Positions 52,201 through 64,000 of a stretch of DNA of 64,000 bases are shown here, piece after piece; within the stretch, counting starts at the first letter, position 1; each line of letters begins with the position of its first letter. The translations under genes were made by a program, and so were the position numbers. The notes under the pieces are model-generated. The model did no database searches and had not been told where the DNA came from. It saw only the letters and a list, made by a program, of their open reading frames with translations. The stretch lies in contig OZ024740.1 in assembly GCA_964016885.1 (NCBI GenBank), positions 216,938,001-217,002,000 on the forward strand, given 5' to 3'. Source of the stretch: Eledone cirrhosa (taxonomy: Eukaryota).

Positions 52201-55200
52201 CAACAACAACAATTTTACTATCTTTATTCAATAAGACTAGTTCCTCTCTCTCTCTCTAACAACAACAACCTATTCTACCATCTTTATTCAATAAGACTAG
52301 TTCCTCTCTCTAACAACAACAACAATTTTACTATCTTTATTCAATAAGACTAGTTCCTCTCTCTCTCTCTCTAACAACAACAACCTATTCTACCATCTTT
52401 ATTCAATAAGACTAGTTCCTCTATCTCTCTAACAACAACAACAATTCTACCATCTTTATTTAATAAGACTAGTTCCTCTCTCTAACAACAACAACAATTC
52501 TACCTTCTTTATTCAATAAGACTAGTTCCTCTATCTCTCTAACAACAACAACAATTCTACCATCTTTATTCAATAAGACTAGTTCCTCTCTCTAACAACA
52601 ACAACAATTCTACCTCCTTTATTCAATAAGACTAGTTCCTCTCTCTCTCTAACAACAACAATTCTACCATCTTTATTTAATAAGACTAGTTCCTCTCTCT
52701 AACAACAACAACAATTCTACCGTCTTTATTCAGTAAGACTTGTTCCTCTCTCTCTAACAACAACAACAATTCTACCGTCTGTATTCAATAAGACTAGTCC
52801 CTCTCTCTCTCTAACAACAACAACAATTCTACCATCTTTATTTCTTAATACTAGTTCCTCTATCTCTCTAACAACAACAATTCTACCATCTTTATTTAAT
52901 AAGACTAGTTCCTCTCTCTAACAACAACAACAATTCTACCATCTTTATTCAATAAGACTAGTTCCTCTCTCTCTAACGACAACAACAATTCTACCATCTT
53001 TATTCAATAAGACTAGTCCCTCTCTCTAACAACAACAACAATTCTACCTTCTTTATTCAATAAGACTAGTTCCTCTCTCTCTCTAACAACAACAACAATT
53101 CTAACATCTTTATTCAATAAGACTAGTTCCTCTCTCTGACAACAACAACAATTCTACCTTCTTTATTCAATAAGACTAGTTCCTCTCTCTCTCTAGCAAC
53201 AACAACAATTCTAACATCTTTATTCAATAAGACTAGTTCCTCTCTCTGACAACAACAACAATTCTACCATCTTTATTTAATAAGACTAGTTCCTCTCTCT
53301 AACAACAACAATTCTACCTTCTTTATTCAATAAGACTAGTTCCTCTCTCTCTAACAACAACACCAATTCTACCATCTTTATTTAATAAGACTAGTTCCTC
53401 TCTCTAACAACAACAACAATTCTACCATCTTTATTTAATAAGACTAGTTCCTCTATCTCTCTAACAACAACAACAATTCTACCATCTTTATTTAATAAGA
53501 CTAGTTCCTCTATCTCTCTAACAATAACAACAATTCTACCATCTTTATTTAATAAGACTAGTTCCTCTCTTTCTCTAACAACAACAATTCTACCATCTTT
53601 ATTCAATAAGACTAGTTCCTCTCTCTCTAACAACAACACCAATTCTACCATCTTTATTTAATAAGACTAGTTCCTCTCTCTAACAACAACAACAATTCTA
53701 CCATCTTTATTTAATAACACTAGTTCCTCTATCTCTCTAACAACAACAACAATTCTACCATCTTTATTCAATAAGACTAGTTCCTCTCTCTCTCTAACAA
53801 CAACAACAATTCTACCATCTTTATTTAATAAGTCTAGTTGATCTATCTCTCTAACAACAACAACAACAACAACAATTCTACCTTCTGTATTCAATAAGAC
53901 TAGTTCCTCTATCTCTAACAACAACAACAATTCTCCCTTCTTTATTCAATAAGACTAGTTCCTCTCTCTAACAACAACAACAATTCTACTATCTTTATTC
54001 AGTAAGACTAGTTCCTCTATCTCTCTAACAACAACAATTCTCCCTTCTTTATTCAATAAGACTAGTTCCTCTCTCTCTCTCTCTAACAACAACACCAATT
54101 CTACCATCTTTATTTAATAAGACTAGTTCCTCTCTCTAACAACAACAACAATTCTACCTTCTTTATTTAATAAGACTAGTTCCTCTATCTCTCTAACAAC
54201 AACAACAATTCTACCATCTTTATTTAATAAGACTAGTTCCTCTATCTCTCTAACAACAACAACAATTCTACCATCTTTATTTAATAAGACTAGTTCCTCT
54301 ATCTCTCTAACAACAACAACAATTCTACCATCTTTATTTAATAAGACTAGTTCCTCTCTTTCTCTAACAACAACAATTCTACCATCTTTATTCAATAAGA
54401 CTAGTTCCTCTCTTTCTCTAACAACAACAATTCCACCATCTTTATTCAATAAGACTAGTTCCTCTCTCTCTCTAACAACAACAACAATTCTACCATCTTT
54501 ATTTAATAAGACTAGTTGATCTATCTCTCTAACAACAACAACAACAATTCTACCTTCTGTATTCAATAAGACTAGTTCCTCTCTCTAACAACAACAACAA
54601 TTCTGCCTTCTTTATTCAATAAGACTAGTTACTCTATCTCTCTAACAACAACAACAATTCTACCATCTTTATTTAATAAGACTAGTTCCTCTCTCTCTCT
54701 CTAACAACAACAACAATTCTACCTTCTTTATTTAATAAGACTAGTTCCTCTCTCTAACAACAACAACAATCTACCTTCTTTATTCAATAAGACTAGTTCC
54801 TCTCTCTAACAACAACAACAATTCTACCATCTTAATTTAATAAGACTAGTTCCTCTATCTCTCTAACAACAACAACAATTTTACTATCTTTATTCAATAA
54901 GACTAGTTCCTCTATCTCTCTAACAACAACAACCTATTCTACCATCTTTATTCAATAAGACTAGTTCCTCTATCTCTCTAACAACAACTATTCTACCATC
55001 TTTATTCAATAAGACTAGTTCCGCTATCTCTCTAACAACAACAATTCTACCATCTTTATTCAATAAGACTAGTCCCTCTCTCTAACAACAACAACAATTC
55101 TACCTTCTTTATTCAATAAGACTAGTTCCTCTCTCTCTCTAACAACAACAACAATTCTAACATCTTTATTCAATAAGACTAGTTCCTCTCTCTGACAACA

Positions 55201-58200
55201 ACAACAATTCTACCTTCTTTATTCAATAAGACTAGTTCCTCTCTCTCTCTAACAACAACAACAATTCTACCATCTTTATTTAATAAGACTAGTTCCTCTC
55301 TCTAACAACAACAATTCTACCTTCTTTATTCAATAAGACTAGTTCCTCTCTCTCTAACAACAACAATTCTACCATCTTTATTCAATAAGACTAGTTCCTC
55401 TCTCTCTCTAACAACAACAACAATTCTAACATCTTTATTCAATAAGACTAGTTCCTCTCTCTAACAACAACAATTCTACCTTCTTTATTCAATAAGACTA
55501 GTTCCTCTCTCTCTCTAACAACAACAACAATTCTACCATCTTTATTTAATAAGACTAGTTCCTCTCTCTAACAACAACAATTCTACCTTCTTTATTCAAT
55601 AAGACTAGTTCCTCTATCTCTAACAACAACAACAATTCTCCCTTCTTTATTCAATAAGACTAGTTCCTCTCTCTCTAACAACAACACCAATTCTACCATC
55701 TTTATTTAATAAGACTAGTTCCTCTCTCTAACAACAACAACAATTCTACCATCTTTATTTAATAAGACCAATTCCTCTATCTCTCTAACAACAACAACAA
55801 TTCTACCATCTTTATTTAATAAGACTAGTTCCTCTCTCTAACAATAACAACAATTCTACCATCTTTATTTAATAAGACTAGTTCCTCTCTTTCTCTAACA
55901 ACAACAATTCTACCATCTTTATTCAATAAGACTAGTTCCTCTCTTTCTCTAACAACAACAATTCCACCATCTTTATTTAATAAGACTAGTTCCTCTCTCT
56001 AACAACAACAACAATTCTACTATCTTTATTTAATAACACTAGTTCCTCTATCTCTCTAACAACAACAACAATTCTACCATCTTTATTCAATAAGACTAGT
56101 TCCTCTCTCTCTCTAACAACAACAACAATTCTACCATCTTTATTTAATAAGTCTAGTTGATCTATCTCTCTAACAACAACAACAACAACAATTCTACCTT
56201 CTGTATTCAATAAGACTAGTTCCTCTATCTCTAACAACAACAACAATTCTCCCTTCTTTATTCAATAAGACTAGTTCCTCTCTCTAACAACAACAACAAT
56301 TCTACTATCTTTATTCAGTAAGACTAGTTCCTCTATCTCTCTAACAACAACAATTCTCCCTTCTTTATTCAATAAGACTAGTTCCTCTCTCTCTCTCTAA
56401 CAACAACACCAATTCTACCATCTTTATTTAATAAGACTAGTTCCTCTCTCTAACAACAACAACAATTCTACCTTCTTTATTTAATAAGACTAGTTCCTCT
56501 ATCTCTCTAACAACAACAACAATTCTACCATCTTTATTTAATAAGACTAGTTCCTCTATCTCTCTAACAACAACAACAATTCTACCATCTTTATTTAATA
56601 AGACTAGTTCCTCTCTCTCTCTCTAACAACAACAACAACAATTCTACCTTCTTTATTTAATAAGACTAGTTCCTCTCTCTAACAACAACAACAATTCTAC
56701 CTTCTTTATTCAATAAGACTAGTTCCTCTCTCTAACAACAACAACAATTCTACCATCTTAATTTAATAAGACTAGTTCCTCTATCTCTCTAACAACAACA
56801 ACAATTTTACTATCTTTATTCAATAAGACTAGTTCCTCTATCTCTCTAACAACAACAACCTATTCTACCATCTTTATTCAATAAGACTAGTTCCTCTATC
56901 TCTCTAACAACAACTATTCTACCATCTTTATTCAATAAGACTAGTTCCGCTATCTCTCTAACAACAACAATTCTACCATCTTTATTCAATAAGACTAGTT
57001 CCTCTCTCTCTCTAACAACAACAACAATTCTACCATCTTTATTCAATAAGACTAGTTCCTCTCTCTCTAACGACAACAACAATTCTACCATCTTTATTCA
57101 ATAAGACTAGTCCCTCTCTCTAACAACAACAACAATTCTACCTTCTTTATTCAATAAGACTAGTTCCTCTCTCTCTCTAACAACAACAACAATTCTAACA
57201 TCTTTATTCAATAAGACTAGTTCCTCTCTCTGACAACAACAACAATTCTACCTTCTTTATTCAATAAGACTAGTTCCTCTCTCTCTCTAACGACAACAAC
57301 AATTCTACCATCTTTATTTAATAAGACTAGTTCCTCTCTCTAACAACAACAATTCTACCTTCTTTATTCAATAAGACTAGTTCCTCTCTCTCTCTAACAA
57401 CAACAACAATTCTAACATCTTTATTCAATAAGACTAGTTCCTCTCTCTGACAACAACAACAATTCTACCATCTTTATTTAATAAGACTAGTTCCTCTCTC
57501 TAACAACAACAATTCTACCTTCTTTATTCAATAAGACTAGTTCCTCTCTCTCTAACAACAACACCAATTCTACCATCTTTATTTAATAAGACTAGTTCCT
57601 CTCTCTAACAACAACAACAATTCTACCATCTTTATTTAATAAGACTAGTTCCTCTATCTCTCTAACAACAACAACAATTCTACCATCTTTATTTAATAAG
57701 ACTAGTTCCTCTATCTCTCTAACAATAACAACAATTCTACCATCTTTATTTAATAAGACTAGTTCCTCTCTTTCTCTAACAACAACAATTCTACCATCTT
57801 TATTCAATAAGACTAGTTCCTCTCTTTCTCTAACAACAACAATTCCACCATCTTTATTTAATAAGACTAGTTCCTCTCTCTAACAACAACAACAATTCTA
57901 CTATCTTTATTTAATAACACTAGTTCCTCTATCTCTCTAACAACAACAACAATTCTACCATCTTTATTCAATAAGACTAGTTCCTCTCTCTCTCTAACAA
58001 CAACAACAATTCTACCATCTTTATTTAATAAGTCTAGTTGATCTATCTCTCTAACAACAACAACAACAACAATTCTACCTTCTGTATTCAATAAGACTAG
58101 TTCCTCTATCTCTAACAACAACAACAATTCTCCCTTCTTTATTCAATAAGACTAGTTCCTCTCTCTAACAACAACAACAATTCTACTATCTTTATTCAGT

Positions 58201-61200
58201 AAGACTAGTTCCTCTATCTCTCTAACAACAACAATTCTCCCTTCTTTATTCAATAAGACTAGTTCCTCTCTCTCTCTCTCTAACAACAACACCAATTCTA
58301 CCATCTTTATTTAATAAGACTAGTTCCTCTCTCTAACAACAACAACAATTCTACCTTCTTTATTTAATAAGACTAGTTCCTCTATCTCTCTAACAACAAC
58401 AACAATTCTACCATCTTTATTTAATAAGACTAGTTCCTCTATCTCTCTAACAACAACAACAATTCTACCATCTTTATTTAATAAGACTAGTTCCTCTATC
58501 TCTCTAACAACAACAACAATTCTACCATCTTTATTTAATAAGACTAGTTCCTCTCTTTCTCTAACAACAACAATTCTACCATCTTTATTCAATAAGACTA
58601 GTTCCTCTCTTTCTCTAACAACAACAATTCCACCATCTTTATTCAATAAGACTAGTTCCTCTCTCTCTCTAACAACAACAACAATTCTACCATCTTTATT
58701 TAATAAGACTAGTTAATCTATCTCTCTAACAACAACAACAACAATTCTACCTTCTGTATTCAATAAGACTAGTTCCTCTCTCTAACAACAACAACAATTC
58801 TGCCTTCTTTATTCAATAAGACTAGTTACTCTATCTCTCTAACAACAACAACAACAATTCTACCATCTTTATTTAATAAGACTAGTTCCTCTCTCTCTCT
58901 CTAACAACAACAACAATTCTACCTTCTTTATTTAATAAGACTAGTTCCTCTCTCTAACAACAACAACAATTCTACCTTCTTTATTCAATAAGACTAGTTC
59001 CTCTCTCTAACAACAACAACAATTCTACCATCTTAATTTAATAAGACTAGTTCCTCTATCTCTCTAACAACAACAACAATTTTACTATCTTTATTCAATA
59101 AGACTAGTTCCTCTATCTCTCTAACAACAACAACCTATTCTACCATCTTTATTCAATAAGACTAGTTCCTCTATCTCTCTAACAACAACTATTCTACCAT
59201 CTTTATTCAATAAGACTAGTTCCGCTATCTCTCTAACAACAACAATTCTACCATCTTTATTCAATAAGACTAGTTCCTCTCTCTCTCTAACAACAACAAC
59301 AATTCTACCATCTTTATTCAATAAGACTAGTTCCTCTCTCTCTAACGACAACAACAATTCTACCATCTTTATTCAATAAGACTAGTCCCTCTCTCTAACA
59401 ACAACAACAATTCTACCTTCTTTATTCAATAAGACTAGTTCCTCTCTCTCTCTAACAACAACAACAATTCTAACATCTTTATTCAATAAGACTAGTTCCT
59501 CTCTCTGACAACAACAACAATTCTACCTTCTTTATTCAATAAGACTAGTTCCTCTCTCTCTCTAACAACAACAACAATTCTACCATCTTTATTTAATAAG
59601 ACTAGTTCCTCTCTCTAACAACAACAATTCTACCTTCTTTATTCAATAAGACTAGTTCCTCTCTCTCTAACAACAACAATTCTACCATCTTTATTTAATA
59701 AGACTAGTTCCTCTCTCTCTCTAACAACAACAACAATTCTAACATCTTTATTCAATAAGACTAGTTCCTCTCTCTAACAACAACAATTCTACCTTCTTTA
59801 TTCAATAAGACTAGTTCCTCTCTCTCTCTAACAACAACAACAATTCTACCATCTTTATTTAATAAGACTAGTTCCTCTCTCTAACAACAACAATTCTACC
59901 TTCTTTATTCAATAAGACTAGTTCCTCTATCTCTAACAACAACAACAATTCTCCCTTCTTTATTCAATAAGACTAGTTCCTCTCTCTCTAACAACAACAC
60001 CAATTCTACCATCTTTATTTAATAAGACTAGTTCCTCTCTCTAACAACAACAACAATTCTACCATCTTTATTTAATAAGACTAGTTCCTCTATCTCTCTA
60101 ACAACAACAACAATTCTACCATCTTTATTTAATAAGACTAGTTCCTCTCTCTAACAATAACAACAATTCTACCATCTTTATTTAATAAGACTAGTTCCTC
60201 TCTTTCTCTAACAACAACAATTCTACCATCTTTATTCAATAAGACTAGTTCCTCTCTTTCTCTAACAACAACAATTCCACCATCTTTATTTAATAAGACT
60301 AGTTCCTCTCTCTAACAACAACAACAATTCTACTATCTTTATTTAATAACACTAGTTCCTCTATCTCTCTAACAACAACAACAATTCTACCATCTTTATT
60401 CAATAAGACTAGTTCCTGTCTCTCTCTAACAACAACAACAATTCTACCATCTTTATTTAATAAGTCTAGTTGATCTATCTCTCTAACAACAACAACAACA
60501 ACAATTCTACCTTCTGTATTCAATAAGACTAGTTCCTCTATCTCTAACAACAACAACAATTCTCCCTTCTTTATTCAATAAGACTAGTTCCTCTCTCTAA
60601 CAACAACAACAATTCTACTATCTTTATTCAGTAAGACTAGTTCCTCTATCTCTCTAACAACAACAATTCTCCCTTCTTTATTCAATAAGACTAGTTCCTC
60701 TCTCTCTCTCTAACAACAACACCAATTCTACCATCTTTATTTAATAAGACTAGTTCCTCTCTCTAACAACAACAACAATTCTACCTTCTTTATTTAATAA
60801 GACTAGTTCCTCTATCTCTCTAACAACAACAACAATTCTACCATCTTTATTTAATAAGACTAGTTCCTCTCTTTCTCTAACAACAACAATTCTACCATCT
60901 TTATTCAATAAGACTAGTTCCTCTCTTTCTCTAACAACAACAATTCCACCATCTTTATTCAATAAGACTAGTTCCTCTCTCTCTCTAACAACAACAACAA
61001 TTCTACCATCTTTATTTAATAAGACTAGTTGATCTATCTCTCTAACAACAACAACAACAATTCTACCTTCTGTATTCAATAAGACTAGTTCCTCTCTCTA
61101 ACAACAACAACAATTCTGCCTTCTTTATTCAATAAGACTAGTTACTCTATCTCTCTAACAACAACAACAATTCTACCATCTTTATTTAATAAGACTAGTT

Positions 61201-64000
61201 CCTCTCTCTCTCTCTAACAACAACAACAATTCTACCTTCTTTATTTAATAAGACTAGTTCCTCTCTCTAACAACAACAACAATTCTACCTTCTTTATTCA
61301 ATAAGACTAGTTCCTCTCTCTAACAACAACAACAATTCTACCATCTTAATTTAATAAGACTAGTTCCTCTATCTCTCTAACAACAACAACAATTTTACTA
61401 TCTTTATTCAATAAGACTAGTTCCTCTATCTCTCTAACAACAACAACCTATTCTACCATCTTTATTCAATAAGACTAGTTCCTCTATCTCTCTAACAACA
61501 ACTATTCTACCATCTTTATTCAATAAGACTAGTTCCTCTATCTCTGTAACAACAACAACAATTCTACCATCTTTATTCAATAAGACTAGTTCCTCTATCT
61601 CTGTAACAACAACAATAATTCTACCATCTTTATTCAATAAGACTAGTTCCTCTCTCTAACAACAACAACAATTCTACCATCTTTATTTAATAAGACTAGT
61701 TCCTCTATCTCTCTAACAACAACAACAATTCTACCATCTTTATTTAATAAGACTAGTTCCTCTATCTCTCTAACAATAACAACAATTCTACCATCTTTAT
61801 TTAATAAGACTAGTTCCTCTCTTTCTCTAACAACAACAATTCTAACATCTTTATTCAATAAGACTAGTTCCTCTCTTTCTCTAACAACAACAATTCCACC
61901 ATCTTTATTTAATAAGACTAGTTCCTCTCTCTAACAACAACAACAATTCTACCATCTTTATTTAATAATACTAGTTCCTCTATCTCTCTAACAACAACAC
62001 CAATTCTACTATCTTTATTTAATAACACTAGTTCCTCTATCTCTCTAACAAAAACAACAATTCTACCATCTTTATTCAATAAGACTAGTTCCTCTATCTC
62101 TCTAACGACAACAACAATTCTACCATCTTTATTCAATAAGACTAGTTCCTCTCTCTCTCTAACAACAACAACAATTCTACCATCTTTATTTAATAAGTCT
62201 AGTTGATCTATCTCTCTAACAACAACAACAACAACAATTCTACCTTCTGTATTCAATAAGACTAGTTCCTCAATCTCTAACAACAACAACAATTCTCCCT
62301 TCTTTATTCAATAAGACTAGTTCCTCTCTCTAACAACAACAACAATTCTACTATCTTTATTCAGTAAGACTAGTTCCTCTATCTCTCTAACAACAACAAT
62401 TCTCCCTTCTTTATTCAATAAGACTAGTTCCTCTCTCTCTCTCTAACAACAACACCAATTCTACCATCTTTATTTAATAAGACTAGTTCCTCTCTCTAAC
62501 AACAACAACAATTCTACCTTCTTTATTTAATAAGACTAGTTCCTCTATCTCTCTAACAACAACAACAATTCTACCATCTTTATTTAATAAGACTAGTTCC
62601 TCTCTTTCTCTAACAACAACAATTCTACCATCTTTATTCAATAAGACTAGTTCCTCTCTTTCTCTAACAACAACAATTCCACCATCTTTATTCAATAAGA
62701 CTAGTTCCTCTCTCTCTCTAACAACAACAACAATTCTACCATCTTTATTTAATAAGAGTAGTTGATCTATCTCTCTAACAACAACAACAACAATTCTACC
62801 TTCTGTATTCAATAAGACTAGTTCCTCTCTCTAACAACAACAACAATTCTGCCTTCTTTATTCAATAAGACTAGTTCCTCTATCTCTCTAACAACAACAA
62901 CAATTCTACCATCTTTATTTAATAAGACTAGTTGATCTATCTCTCTAACAACAACAACAACAATTCTACCTTCTGTATTCAATAAGACTAGTTCCTCTCT
63001 CTAACAACAACAACAATTCTGCCTTCTTTATTCAATAAGACTAGTTACTCTATCTCTCTAACAACAACAACAATTCTACCATCTTTATTTAATAAGACTA
63101 GTTCCTCTCTCTCTCTCTAACAACAACAACAATTCTACCTTCTTTATTTAATAAGACTAGTTCCTCTCTCTAACAACAACAACAATTCTACCTTCTTTAT
63201 TCAATAAGACTAGTTCCTCTCTCTAACAACAACAACAATTCTACCATCTTAATTTAATAAGACTAGTTCCTCTATCTCTCTAACAACAACAACAATTTTA
63301 CTATCTTTATTCAATAAGACTAGTTCCTCTATCTCTCTAACAACAACAACCTATTCTACCATCTTTATTCAATAAGACTAGTTCCTCTATCTCTCTAACA
63401 ACAACTATTCTACCATCTTTATTCAATAAGACTAGTTCCTCTATCTCTGTAACAACAACAACAATTCTACCATCTTTATTCAATAAGACTAGTTCCTCTA
63501 TCTCTGTAACAACAACAATAATTCTACCATCTTTATTCAATAAGACTAGTTCCTCTCTCTAACAACAACAACAATTCTACCATCTTTATTTAATAAGACT
63601 AGTTCCTCTATCTCTCTAACAATAACAACAATTCTACCATCTTTATTTAATAAGACTAGTTCCTCTCTTTCTCTAACAACAACAATTCTACCATCTTTAT
63701 TCAATAAGACTAGTTCCTCTCTTTCTCTAACAACAACAATTCCACCATCTTTATTTAATAAGACTAGTTCCTCTCTCTAACAACAACAACAATTCTACCA
63801 TCTTTATTTAATAATACTAGTTCCTCTATCTCTCTAACAACAACACCAATTCTACTATCTTTATTTAATAACACTAGTTCCTCTATCTCTCTAACAACAA
63901 CAACAACAATTCTACCATCTTTATTCAATAAGACTAGTTCCTCTATCTCTCTAACGACAACAACAATTCTACCATCTTTATTCAATAAGACTAGTTCCTC
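46290..64000. repeat. Large satellite array (~54-63-bp unit with variable (CT)n and (AAC)n), running off the window end
   Basis: Unit (aac)3-6 aattctaccatctttattcaataagactagttc(ct)n, about 300 copies. Confidence 0.98.

Noticed and set aside
46151-63985. Many minus-strand ORFs (ELVLLNKDGRIVVVVR)n
   Set aside because: These are translations of satellite DNA, frameshifted by variable (CT)n.

Overview
This is AT-rich, microsatellite-dense animal DNA. The SINE families and the TA/GAT-rich landscape suggest a coleoid cephalopod such as octopus, which is an inference. Only one convincing protein-coding exon is present: a 363-bp phase-0 polyglutamine exon (42791-43153, +) resembling the N-terminal Q-rich region of FoxP, so most of the window is probably FoxP intron. 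The rest consists of three large tandem arrays (58-bp, 48-bp and a >17-kb ~54-63-bp satellite), tRNA-derived SINEs, RTE-LINE fragments and MITEs. The most notable signal is a set of short elements embedded in (TA)n microsatellites, often as fold-back inverted repeats, that carry hammerhead ribozyme motifs. I count 8 motifs: one fully canonical, the others minimal with palindromic stem III, and some damaged. They resemble Penelope-like pLTR or retrozyme remnants. The 48-bp satellite, which produces a spurious 885-aa ORF, visibly derives from an internal repeat of the local LINE/SINE 3' tail.
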